DNA from: Nitrosopumilus sp.
GTDB taxonomy: Archaea; Thermoproteota; Nitrososphaeria; Nitrososphaerales; Nitrosopumilaceae
DNA length: 64,000 bases
Assembly (NCBI GenBank): GCA_965203315.1
Contig: CBDBCE010000004.1
Coordinates: 128,001 to 192,000, forward strand
Direction of reading: 5' to 3'
Shown: positions 21,125 through 31,075 of the stretch, piece by piece
Position numbering within the stretch: the stretch's first letter is position 1
How the letters are laid out: each line of letters opens with the position of its first letter
The notes under the pieces: model-generated
Databases searched by the model: none
What the model saw: the letters and a program-made list of their open reading frames with translations, nothing else
What the model was told of the DNA's origin: nothing
Position numbers and translations under genes: made by a program

Positions 21125-21270
21125 TCTGTTACATCTTCGAGACCTGAGAATTTAGGTATAAAACCAGATCGCAATAATGTGATAATGGTACGATGTTATA
21201 TTCCATTTGATCGTTCTAGATCGATTCTGTAGTTCGGGAGATTGAAATTTGAGGACTAGAGATCGCAAAA
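21122..21270 (+). mobile_element. Two degenerate IS6-type end sequences
   Basis: GGGTCTGTT..GACCTGAGAA..AGATCGCAA (21122) and GATTCTGTAGTTCGGGAG..GATCGCAAA (~21222) resemble the ends at 34287, 35173 and 46960. Confidence 0.45.
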
Positions 21271-21350
21271 TCTGGGATCCAAAGAATCACTAGATTGATT
21301 AAAATCCAATCTTGAGCACTAGTTCGCATACTATATCATACTATCATACT

Positions 21351-21489
21351 AGACTGTCTGCGTATTATTGAGTGCTCATGTCCAATCATCAAACATGGTA
21401 ACAATGAATCAATTTGCCTTTGGAAATTACACATGTGTTTTACTGTACCTTAAAATGTGCATATGATGTAAGAAATACACATACAGTCT
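21351..21489. mobile_element. MITE family A, copy 5
   Basis: Both TIRs with 1 mismatch each. Confidence 0.85.
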
Positions 21490-21622
21490 CATGATAATTT
21501 TACTATGAGTATAATTCCACGAACTCTCCTAAATTCTAAATACCCTCGATGAGTTACAAGAACCTGCATCAAGCAACAGATTATGGTTAGATCTGAACTA
21601 TTCATTTATGTGATGCTATTAT

Positions 21623-22663
21623 GTGCATGCCTATGTGAGCGATGTCTCAAACAGTACATACAAGAGATACGTTGTGGATCCAAGACTACGTTACTTTAAA
21701 CCTCATACTGCTACAATTGACGAAAACTTTGCTGACGAGGTTACTTTTGGCCTGACATCCGTACCTCGTTTCATTCTACCAAAATTTTTCTATGACTCAT
21801 ATGGCTCAAAACTCTTTGATGAGATATGTTCTTTACCGGAATATTACTTGACTCGAGCCGAGATCTCTATACTGCGTGACATACGCACAAAACTTGGTCT
21901 CTTTCTAGATAGTGATACTAGATTGGTAGAACTAGGTAGTGGAACATCTACCAAAACTCGTCTTCTTTTGGACATACTGTTTGATATTACTTTAGATGTA
22001 GAGTACTTTCCAATAGATATCTCTGATATTCTGACAGAGAGCTCGGAGCTTTTGTTACGTGATTATCCACAGCTACGTGTAACTGGCATAATTGATACTT
22101 TTGATGGCGGGCTAGAATTTTTACAGACTTTTGATAAAAAAAGAAATCTCTTGATCTTTCTCGGCTCGAGCTTTGGAAACTTTGCTCCTGAGCAGGGCCG
22201 TGCTTTTTTACAAAAGATCTATGACATCATAAAGCCAGGAGATCTATTTTTGATTGGACTAGATCTAGTAAAAGACGTAAATATTATTGAAGCGGCTTAT
22301 AACGATCTACAAGGCGTCACAGCAAAATTTAATCTAAATGTCCTGTCTAGAATTAATAATGAACTCGATGCTGACTTTGTTCTAGACAACTTTGAACATT
22401 ATGCATTTTATAATCCTGACCTTCAACGAGTTGAGATGTATATACGTTCATTAACAAACCAATCGGTTATAGCGACAAAAACCAATATGAAGTTATTACT
22501 AAAAAATAACGAATTGATTCATACAGAATTTTCATACAAGTATAAACAATCCCAAATTCATACGCTTTTATCTGATGTAGGGTTTGATGTAAAACAGATG
22601 TGGACTGACAAAGATAATCTATTCTCATTGACTCTGGCTTCTAAACCTAATCTGCACATCTAA
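21623..22663 (+). CDS. egtD: L-histidine N-alpha-methyltransferase
   Basis: PKFFYD, LPEYYLTRAE, ELGSG, FLGSSFGNF, AYND..GVTAKFNLN, IHTEFSYK. Confidence 0.93.
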   Translation: MHAYVSDVSNSTYKRYVVDPRLRYFKPHTATIDENFADEVTFGLTSVPRFILPKFFYDSYGSKLFDEICSLPEYYLTRAEISILRDIRTKLGLFLDSDTRLVELGSGTSTKTRLLLDILFDITLDVEYFPIDISDILTESSELLLRDYPQLRVTGIIDTFDGGLEFLQTFDKKRNLLIFLGSSFGNFAPEQGRAFLQKIYDIIKPGDLFLIGLDLVKDVNIIEAAYNDLQGVTAKFNLNVLSRINNELDADFVLDNFEHYAFYNPDLQRVEMYIRSLTNQSVIATKTNMKLLLKNNELIHTEFSYKYKQSQIHTLLSDVGFDVKQMWTDKDNLFSLTLASKPNLHI

Positions 22664-23945
22664 ACCCTGCAAACATCCATCTCTCATCTAATCGGAAAAA
22701 GTTTCTATAACTTGCTCTTATTGACATGGAGGGAGTGGCAAATGATCCACCCCGTAATACTTTTTGATTTGTAAACCACTTGTCATTATATTCATCAAAC
22801 CCTGACTTGAATCCTGGATATCCCATAAACTCTGACGATGTCCATTCCCACACATCGCCTATCATCTGATGGCATCCAGACGGACTGACTCCATCCGGAA
22901 ATGAACCTACTTTGGTACAGCGCCAATTATGCGACTCTAATAAATTACATCTAGACTCGTCTGGTGGGTCATTGCCCCATGGAAATATTGTCTTCTCTTG
23001 CATGATATCGTTCCAACATGCCGCCTTTTCCCATTCTGCTTCGGTCGGAAGTCGTCTTTTTGCCCACTTTGCGTATGCATCTGCTTCATAATAGCTTACA
23101 TGACATACGGGTTCGTCCAGATCGATCTCTCGCGGTCCTGCAAAATCGTTAATGTACCACTTGTCATCCTTCATCTCCCAATACATTGGAGCTTTCCAGT
23201 TGTTTGTTTTGACCTTCTCCCATCCATCAGCCAACCAGTACTTGTAAGTCTCATATCCGCCATCTCTCATAAATTGCATATATGAGCCGTTTGTAACAGG
23301 ATATGCATCTATGGTATAGTCATTTAGAAAGACCTTGTGCTCTGGGAGTTCGATATCATAACAATAGTCTTTACCACTATATCCCATTGTATACATACCA
23401 CCTTTTATTGCAATCTGTTTATGTACGACACTGTCATTATGTGAAGTGTTATTGATCTTTACTGGTCTGTAATTGGATCCTAGCATGTGTTGTAGATCAT
23501 ATATCAAAAGTTCCTGATGCTGACATTCGTGATGACATCCCATCATCAAAAGTCTCATCTGTTCACTCGTAAGAGTATGTTCCTTGATGAACTCTTTGGT
23601 TCGTTGTGTTATTATCTCAAAGTATTCTAGAATCTGTGATGTGGTGGGTCTTGAGACTATGCCACGTCGCCCTTTATCGTGCGGTGTACCAAACTGCTGA
23701 TAATATGAGTTGAGATATGTTACAAACTCTCTTGAATAATACTCATAGTTTGAATCTATCTTGTCCATTATCGCTTCATATATCCAACTTACGTGACCCA
23801 TGTGCCATTTTGGAGGACTAGTAAAATGTTCAGTTTGAATAGTATAATCGTCAGACTCTAGCGTCTTAACTATCTCCAAAGTTTTGTCTCGTGTGTCTAT
23901 AAATGATTGAATTAGCGAAATCTCAACCTCTGAACTTGTAGACAT
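22647..23945 (-). CDS. egtB: Ergothioneine biosynthesis sulfoxide synthase
   Basis: SPPKWHMGH, NSYY, HHECQHQEL, FGE-like domain (LPTEAEWE, EYNDKW, RGGS, YRNFF). Confidence 0.92.
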   Translation of the reverse strand: MSTSSEVEISLIQSFIDTRDKTLEIVKTLESDDYTIQTEHFTSPPKWHMGHVSWIYEAIMDKIDSNYEYYSREFVTYLNSYYQQFGTPHDKGRRGIVSRPTTSQILEYFEIITQRTKEFIKEHTLTSEQMRLLMMGCHHECQHQELLIYDLQHMLGSNYRPVKINNTSHNDSVVHKQIAIKGGMYTMGYSGKDYCYDIELPEHKVFLNDYTIDAYPVTNGSYMQFMRDGGYETYKYWLADGWEKVKTNNWKAPMYWEMKDDKWYINDFAGPREIDLDEPVCHVSYYEADAYAKWAKRRLPTEAEWEKAACWNDIMQEKTIFPWGNDPPDESRCNLLESHNWRCTKVGSFPDGVSPSGCHQMIGDVWEWTSSEFMGYPGFKSGFDEYNDKWFTNQKVLRGGSFATPSMSIRASYRNFFRLDERWMFAGFRCAD

Positions 23946-23983
23946 ATTTTACATCTATTGACATTTATTATATTTGTATATCA

Positions 23984-24095
23984 GGATCTCTTCGGTTTAC
24001 ATGAGATGGAATTTCGCAAGGCGTTTCCATAATTTTTCTATATAGGATATTGGTGTTTTCTGTAACCGTTCATTTCACATAAACCGAGGAGATCC
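23984..24095. mobile_element. MITE family B
   Basis: GGATCTCTTCGGTTTA ... TAAACCGAGGAGATCC. Confidence 0.8.
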
Positions 24096-24415
24096 GATCA
24101 TTATACTGATACTAGAATCTTGAGAACAATCATATGATGATGTTGTACTGTTCATTTCGAGTACACACCGTGTAGCATTTGATTGTGTCGTTAAAACTTG
24201 ATCTAAATCTTTCGTCTAACATTCCATTTTGGCTCTCTGTAGAACGCATTTGGGGGAAAGATGGTGCTTCGATACCTCACATACACGCCAGAGATGTCAT
24301 CCACCACGCCTGAGGTGGCGATTTGATACCGTATGGATGTGCAGGCATATCTGTTATTCCAAAACGCAGAGTAAATTACTAAAGTTTTTATGGTAAAGTC
24401 TTTGTGCTCTAGTAC

Positions 24416-24586
24416 ATGAGTAGTAAAAAGAAGTCAGCTCCACTACCGGCGTCAAGTGGAGGTCTGATGAGATTCTTTGAAGATGAAACAAAGGGCTTTA
24501 AAATAGATCCTAGAATAGTAGTATCGATTCCAATAGGCTTGATTGCGATCTCATGGGCATTAGATCTATTTCTAGTATCTCCGTGA
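24416..24586 (+). CDS. secG: Preprotein translocase subunit Sec61beta
   Basis: Manual translation MSSKKKSAPLPASSGGLMRFFEDETKGFKIDPRIVV + TM. Confidence 0.9.
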   Translation: MSSKKKSAPLPASSGGLMRFFEDETKGFKIDPRIVVSIPIGLIAISWALDLFLVSP

Positions 24587-24587
24587 T

Positions 24588-26342
24588 GTGATAATGGCTA
24601 GCGAGACAGATGGGGTCTCAAACATACATAATAGATTCTCTCTCACCTTGATAAACCCCGCATCACATTACTTTTCTCTAGTTGCATCACTAGGTATTGC
24701 GGCAGTAATAGCGATCACTACATACTTTGCATATATTCCACATGTCGACGAGTCTCAGATATGGTATAGGGTTCCTGCAATTGTCGGAGTACTTGCATTA
24801 GCTCAAATTTTGGATACTAGATATACCAAGAAAAAAGAATACTCCAAGTCTCTACATTCCTCGTTATTTGCAAACATGTTGTGGATCGTAACCATGCTAG
24901 TTGGTCTAGCAGCAAGTACAATCTTGGAAAAAGAGATCACATTGTTTTTTATAACTCTTGGAATGTTTCTCTTTGCAAGTTTTAGAATTGGTATCTATAC
25001 TGCAACGCTAGGAATCAATCTTACAAAGGCATGGGCTACATGCTTTATACAACCGTTAGCAATGTTTCTAGTACTAATTCCAACAGATCTTTGGGTACCT
25101 ATGTTGACAGATCCACTGTCTCTTGTATATGGTGTATCATTCATGGTAATTGCAAGTGTCTGGTCGGTAATGACAGACAGAGCTGGACGACCAGGAATGG
25201 ACAGCACGCACAAGACGATCCAAGCATATCTTGCATCACAGGGTAATGACTTTACAGATGCCGAGAAGATAATGGAGCAGCGCTCAAGCGAGACCCAAGT
25301 ATCTACCTCTCAGATACGATTTGAATCTTCAGACGGTAAGAACGAATTTCGTATGGTCTTGCCAGAGATACATCCTGGACCATATCATCCTGTTGGAGGG
25401 AGTAACATACCATACCTGATATACAAAAACTTGAACTCTTCTGCAATGGTGATGCATAGCATATCTGATCATGCATTAAATCTTCCATCACGAAATGAGG
25501 TCAAGAACTATCTCCAAAGTCTAGCATACAGCAAAGTACGAGAGACAGGTATGTATTGCACAGAGCCGGTAATGGTTCAGATAAACAAAGCACGAGTCAC
25601 TGGTCTGTTGTTTGGAAATAGTCCTCTCTTGTTTTTGTCATTATCGCCGCATGGAATGGAAGATATTCCAAATTACATGAAGATCAATATAGAGGAATAC
25701 GCAAAGACAAAAGACTATGCTAGAACAATGATCGTAGACTGTCACAATGCAATGGGACAAGAGATCTCGAATGAAGATGGAGAAGATATGTTCAAGGCAG
25801 CAAAGTCATGCTTGGATACACTAGGTACAAGAAAGAGTTTTGAGTTAGAGTTTGGATATGCAAACTCTGACAGCATGAATGTCTGGACAGAGGACTTGGG
25901 AATGGGAGGATTAGGCATTGTGTGTCTAAAGATCAATGGTAAGAGATACTTTCTAGGATGGGCCGATGCCAACAACATGGAGAACGGTATCCGTGAAAAG
26001 ATTGTGTCAAACTTTGCTAGTCGTGGTCTCAACCTACTAGAGATGTGCACGTCTGATACTCATTATGCTCCGGTAAAGGCTAGAAACAAGAATGGATATT
26101 ATCAACTAGGATTGATAACCAGCGCAGACAAGATCACTGAATGGCTATTAGATATTGCAAAGCGTGCAGAAAAGTCGACACATGCCGCAAAATTTGAGAT
26201 ACTGGAGAACAAGACAGATGTAAGAGTGATGGGACAAGGAATCTTTAAAGACTATTCCAAAGCTCTTGACAACTCTCTAAAAATCACGAAAGGATTCTTG
26301 ATTGGTGGAATAATCTTCTTTCTAACTAGTCTCTTTCTATGA
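24588..26342 (+). CDS. DUF2070-family membrane protein
   Basis: N-terminal TMs; PEIHPGP..GGSN, DCHN, DANNM, TSDTH. Confidence 0.85.
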   Translation: MIMASETDGVSNIHNRFSLTLINPASHYFSLVASLGIAAVIAITTYFAYIPHVDESQIWYRVPAIVGVLALAQILDTRYTKKKEYSKSLHSSLFANMLWIVTMLVGLAASTILEKEITLFFITLGMFLFASFRIGIYTATLGINLTKAWATCFIQPLAMFLVLIPTDLWVPMLTDPLSLVYGVSFMVIASVWSVMTDRAGRPGMDSTHKTIQAYLASQGNDFTDAEKIMEQRSSETQVSTSQIRFESSDGKNEFRMVLPEIHPGPYHPVGGSNIPYLIYKNLNSSAMVMHSISDHALNLPSRNEVKNYLQSLAYSKVRETGMYCTEPVMVQINKARVTGLLFGNSPLLFLSLSPHGMEDIPNYMKINIEEYAKTKDYARTMIVDCHNAMGQEISNEDGEDMFKAAKSCLDTLGTRKSFELEFGYANSDSMNVWTEDLGMGGLGIVCLKINGKRYFLGWADANNMENGIREKIVSNFASRGLNLLEMCTSDTHYAPVKARNKNGYYQLGLITSADKITEWLLDIAKRAEKSTHAAKFEILENKTDVRVMGQGIFKDYSKALDNSLKITKGFLIGGIIFFLTSLFL

Positions 26343-26973
26343 TGTGCATCATGTCTATGTTACCATAAAACTCATCGAGGAATGACTCGAATTGATGTAT
26401 AGGTACAATTGGAACCTTGTCGACAAAACTGACACAATCTTGGTATAGTGTGACTATGACTGGCACAGCTGATGGTTGGGTTGTCTTTGTGATGTATTGA
26501 CGTGCACGTTCGATCTGTTTTTTAATAATCTGTGTTGGTATGCGGCTGCGACTCCAGTGTTTACAATCGATCAAGATCGATATACCTAAACGAGTACCAA
26601 CTACATCGATCTCCATCTTGGGTTTGGTTAGAAACAGATTTTTAGATACAACAAAGTTATGTGACGCAAGGATCTCAGCTGTAAATCCCTCAAAGTCTCG
26701 CCAGTCAATTGCTTCGGATATGTCGCCTATGTCAAATCCAGAATTCAACATATCTAGCGCAATATCGATCTTTGCTCCTGCTGTAAATTGATATGCACCA
26801 TTTTCATATACAGCAAAACTGGCCGACACCAACGAATCAAGTATCTTTGTTGAGTCGTTCTCACTTATCCCTGTGGTGGTTATAAAATCTTGAACAGATA
26901 CACCTCCTACAGCTATACCTCGTAGACCCTCGATCATCTTTGGATGAAATCTAGTCATATCTGGACTCATCAA
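26326..26973 (-). CDS. PD-(D/E)xK restriction-endonuclease-like protein
   Basis: WRDFE, EIDVV, IDCKHW. Confidence 0.75.
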   Translation of the reverse strand: MMSPDMTRFHPKMIEGLRGIAVGGVSVQDFITTTGISENDSTKILDSLVSASFAVYENGAYQFTAGAKIDIALDMLNSGFDIGDISEAIDWRDFEGFTAEILASHNFVVSKNLFLTKPKMEIDVVGTRLGISILIDCKHWSRSRIPTQIIKKQIERARQYITKTTQPSAVPVIVTLYQDCVSFVDKVPIVPIHQFESFLDEFYGNIDMMHIIERD

Positions 26974-27255
26974 TCTATAGATAAAAACGATTTATTCTGC
27001 GTATTGTTCTCTTCTAGTAACACTACTGTGATATCATTTTTTTAAATTGCTGATGTATGTATTGGTGCATATAATCAGCACGAGTACAAACACCTTGCAC
27101 TTTGAATATTTATCTTGAATATTTACGCAAACTTCAACCATGTTGTACTATTTAAAACATAATGGAAAGATTATCTCTTTGTATCTAAATTGTATGTGAT
27201 AGTGACTCTACAAAATTGATTTTGTTTTCAAGTTATATATAGAATATTGAAATAC

Positions 27256-27831
27256 ATGAATGTGCCCGAACGCGAATTCTCTAATTCCTTATGGCATGTG
27301 GGGTGGAAACGCATCGATGATGGTAGATGGTTAATCTGCTATATGGACAATGCTTCTAGATTTGTAACAGGTTATGATACCTTTGAACACACTACAGTAG
27401 AGAATACACTACTGGTGCTAGACAAGGCCATCAAAGATCACGGACGACCTGCGTCAATACTGACTAGTCATAAAAAACAGTTCTATGCAAGCGAGTCTGA
27501 AGCCGAGAAAAATGTCGCATCCCAATTTGAGATGAGATTGGTAGAGCTGGGCATCAAACAAATCTTCGCGCGAGCAAATCAATCGTATACTAATAACAGA
27601 CTAGCTAGACTATTCAGTGAAGTACAGCGCAAGCTACCAGCGTTTGAGGCAATTATGCAAAGAGTGAGTGATCCTGTCGATCTATTCATGAAATGGTACA
27701 ACTATGACCGACCACACATGTCTCTTGGAAAAGGTGGGTACGAGACGCCACATGAAGCATTTAATCGAAAAATGCCAAAAGAAGGAACAGTTATTGACGA
27801 GTCGTCAGGAGATGAACACCATGTCAAATGA
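27256..27831 (+). CDS. IS481-derived integrase-core protein, catalytically dead
   Basis: Open ORF aligning with IS481 core, but WHVD->WHVG, TD->TS and KLER->RLAR; TATA box at ~27233. Confidence 0.75.
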   Translation: MNVPEREFSNSLWHVGWKRIDDGRWLICYMDNASRFVTGYDTFEHTTVENTLLVLDKAIKDHGRPASILTSHKKQFYASESEAEKNVASQFEMRLVELGIKQIFARANQSYTNNRLARLFSEVQRKLPAFEAIMQRVSDPVDLFMKWYNYDRPHMSLGKGGYETPHEAFNRKMPKEGTVIDESSGDEHHVK

Positions 27832-27957
27832 AGGGGTGAACGACTTTTCATATCCCACAATTTACTTTTGGCTTTCCATGGGATCAAATATCAAAGAACT
27901 TGAACTTGAAATCAATACCTTAATTATTTGAAATTTAAGTGTATTTGGATGTATTAT

Positions 27958-28072
27958 GAATCTTTTCGATTTACGTGGGATGGCATTTTACAAGGCTGTT
28001 TTTACTAATTTTTTCCTATACCTCATAGTGCTGTTTCTATACCATTCTATCCCACATAAATCGAAAAGATCC
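27958..28072. mobile_element. MITE family B
   Basis: GAATCTTTTCGATTTACGTGGG ... CCCACATAAATCGAAAAGATCC. Confidence 0.85.
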
Positions 28073-28400
28073 CAGATAAGAACAAGAAGAAAGGAACAAT
28101 CAAGTTTGAGATGAGATTGGCAAAAGTAGGGATACAACACATTCTTGGACAAGTAAATCGTCCGGAGACCAATGGTAAAGTGGAACAACTATTTGGAGAG
28201 GTAGATCTCGAATTTCCAGTATTTGCAGGATACATGCAACGAACAAGTGATCCAGTAGATATGTTCATGAAATAGTACAACTATGAACGCCTCCACATGT
28301 CTCTCAATATCGACATCAGATACACCATACAAAGCGTTTATCAACAAACAACCTCCAAAATGAGTAGAAATCGATGACCAGTAAGAAAAATACCACATAA
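28073..28400 (+). pseudogene. IS481-family transposase 3' remnant
   Basis: KFEMRLAKVGIQHILGQVNRPETNGKVEQLFGE...SDPVDMFMK*YNYERLHMSL with in-frame stop. Confidence 0.8.
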
Positions 28401-28576
28401 CCCGGGGCAACCACTTTCCGGATCCTACAATCAAATGACGTGATGAACAACTCTTTATATCACTCAGTGTGAAATGATGAGGTCTATTCATATTCCACAA
28501 ATGTGGGGGTGAATAACAAACCATATCTAATATTCGATCAGCCAATTTTTATTACAAGTGATATCTCAAGGCATTT

Positions 28577-31075
28577 GTGTATACTGTATCTATGCTGAAG
28601 ATAGTGTTATTGTGCACAATATCATTATGCGTAATATCGTTGGGAATAGAATTCAAGCTAGTACAGGCTAGTGCATTTGTAGAGTCCATAAAGTTTATTC
28701 AATATCTTGATGAGAACACCGCATTAGAAGAGGTTCGTAGTGGTAATCTAGACATGTATTACTTTAGAATGCCATCAGACAGACTAGAAGATATTTCGTC
28801 AAGAGAGAATCTCAAGATATTCGAGTCTACCGGTGGATCATATAGCATTCTTGCAAATCCTGCAGAGTCTGAAGAGTTTAATCCTTTCTCTATACGCGAG
28901 ATAAGATTTGCTCTAAACTATCTAGTTGATAGACAGTTGATCGTAAATGAGTTGATGGGAGGATATGGCGCGCCTATTGTATCGTATTATGGCCCAACTG
29001 ATCCTGAATTTCTTACTGCGATCGAGACGTTAGAGAGCTTTAATTTTAGATACAATCCAGCATTGGCCAATGAGATCATCTCAGATAATCTAAAGAATGT
29101 TGGAGCAGTGCAACACGATGGTATATGGCATATGGACTCCAAACCCATCAATATTGTGATATTCATTCGAAGTGACGATCCAGTGAGAAAGTCGATAGGA
29201 GAGTTACTGGCAACTGAACTTGAAAAGGTTGGTTTTATAGTAACAAAGAGTTTCGGCGATCTAAACAAAGCATTTGTTGTTGTATATGGATCAAATCCTG
29301 CCGATCTATCGTGGCATCTCTACACTGAAGGATGGAGCAGATCGGCGTTTGTTCGATATGATGCAATAGGTTTGAGTCAGATGTATGCTCCATGGTTCTC
29401 TAACATGCCTGGCTTTAACGATCCATCTTACTGGAACTATGAGAATGAACGAATCGATAACGTTACACAAAAGATCTATGGTGGCGAATTTGAGTCTGAT
29501 ATAGAACGAGCTGATCTGATCAACATCGCAATAGGTATAGGAATAGACGAGTCGGTTCGAGTATTTCTCGCAAGTAAGATAGATCAGTATGTTGTAAACA
29601 GTGATATCAGCGGTGTGATCAACGACTTTGGATCTGGAATAACGAGCAGATTCACTCCAATCAACGCACGCGGAACAGGTGAGACACTTGCCATTGGCGT
29701 AAAACAGATCTATCAAGGAGCATGGAATCCTATTATGGGACTAACAGATCTCTATAGTCGATATATCTGGGAAATTGTATCAGACCCTGCAACATTCAAG
29801 CATCCCTATTCTGGCAAGACTATTCCAATACGAGCCGAATGGAATGTTGAAACAGATGGTCTAAACAGTACAATAAACGTTCCCTCTGACGCAATGCGTT
29901 GGAATCCGGTCGAGGGTGTGTGGGAAAGAGTAGGTGAAAATGTTACATCGATCAGCAAAGTCACATACAACTATGAGTTTGGAGAATGGCATAATGGCAT
30001 AATGATGGATATGAGCGACATTTGGTATTCATTATACTTTACATCAGAATGGGGAGCTCAAACAGATGACGATGACAAGACATTTGATACAGAGTTTACT
30101 CCAAGGGCTACTCAAAGTATCGAGACGATAATCGGCGCTAGACAGATAGATGCGAATACACTAGAAGTCTATGTAGATTATTGGCACTTTGATGAAGGTG
30201 AGATTGCAGAATGGGCAGTGATCTGGAGTTCTACTCCATGGGAGATAACATATGCAATGGAGCAAGCTGTCTTGGATAGCAAAGCCTCATTTTCGAGATC
30301 GGGAGCAACAAGTAAGAATATCAGTTGGTTGTCGCTCCTTATTCCCAATGACGCCAACATGATCAAAAGTTATCTGGATGACTTTATTGTACAAGATTTT
30401 GTACCATATGGATTAGATGGTATAGTCGAATCTACCAACCATAAATCTAGATATGAATCATCAACAAGATGGATCGAAGAGAACAATCATGCAGTAATCA
30501 GCAATGGACCATTTTACATAGAGTCGTACTCTCCAGAGTCTAGAACGATATCTGCTCGATCATTCGAAGGTGTATATCCATTTCAAGTAGGCAAATGGAC
30601 CAAGTTTGAGTCTACTACATTTCCATCAATATTGCGAGTAGAGATAGAGGAGCCTATACTCCAAGAGGTGGGCTCTACGATAAAAGTTGAGACGAGAGCT
30701 GCAGACTCGATCCTATACTTTCTTACAGATAGTAAAGGAGATGTGATCTATTCGGATACAGTAAGCGCAGATGATGTGATCGAGATCGTACTCTCGCCAC
30801 AAAGACTGTCGATGCTGGACAGAGATGCCAACAGCATCAAGATCTTTGCACTATCTGATACAGTATTCAAACCAGATATGTATGAAAAGAGTTTCATCGT
30901 TCTAGAAGAACGACCCGAGTTTGATATAGAGTACAATGAATACAATACTGGTAGTGATCAAGAGTATTGGCCAATCATTATTCTAGTAGTAATTATACTT
31001 GGTACTGTGATATACGTCAAGAGACATAACATGCAAAGATCGAGATCAGTATCCGCGAGCAAAGATCGGATGTGA
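28577..31075 (+). CDS. Peptide ABC transporter substrate-binding protein (family 5) with C-terminal TM anchor
   Basis: NPFSIREIRFALNYLVDR, ISNGPFY, signal peptide, C-terminal TM. Confidence 0.88.
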   Translation: MYTVSMLKIVLLCTISLCVISLGIEFKLVQASAFVESIKFIQYLDENTALEEVRSGNLDMYYFRMPSDRLEDISSRENLKIFESTGGSYSILANPAESEEFNPFSIREIRFALNYLVDRQLIVNELMGGYGAPIVSYYGPTDPEFLTAIETLESFNFRYNPALANEIISDNLKNVGAVQHDGIWHMDSKPINIVIFIRSDDPVRKSIGELLATELEKVGFIVTKSFGDLNKAFVVVYGSNPADLSWHLYTEGWSRSAFVRYDAIGLSQMYAPWFSNMPGFNDPSYWNYENERIDNVTQKIYGGEFESDIERADLINIAIGIGIDESVRVFLASKIDQYVVNSDISGVINDFGSGITSRFTPINARGTGETLAIGVKQIYQGAWNPIMGLTDLYSRYIWEIVSDPATFKHPYSGKTIPIRAEWNVETDGLNSTINVPSDAMRWNPVEGVWERVGENVTSISKVTYNYEFGEWHNGIMMDMSDIWYSLYFTSEWGAQTDDDDKTFDTEFTPRATQSIETIIGARQIDANTLEVYVDYWHFDEGEIAEWAVIWSSTPWEITYAMEQAVLDSKASFSRSGATSKNISWLSLLIPNDANMIKSYLDDFIVQDFVPYGLDGIVESTNHKSRYESSTRWIEENNHAVISNGPFYIESYSPESRTISARSFEGVYPFQVGKWTKFESTTFPSILRVEIEEPILQEVGSTIKVETRAADSILYFLTDSKGDVIYSDTVSADDVIEIVLSPQRLSMLDRDANSIKIFALSDTVFKPDMYEKSFIVLEERPEFDIEYNEYNTGSDQEYWPIIILVVIILGTVIYVKRHNMQRSRSVSASKDRM

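Noticed and set aside
20561-21489. Composite transposon or inversion formed by MITE A copies 4 and 5
   Set aside because: Outer flanks (TGT/CAT) do not form a TSD and do not fit a reciprocal inversion pattern
22647-23945. Selenoneine (SenA) or ovothiol (OvoA) assignment
   Set aside because: No selD/senB neighbours and no C-terminal methyltransferase domain; the adjacent egtD favours EgtB
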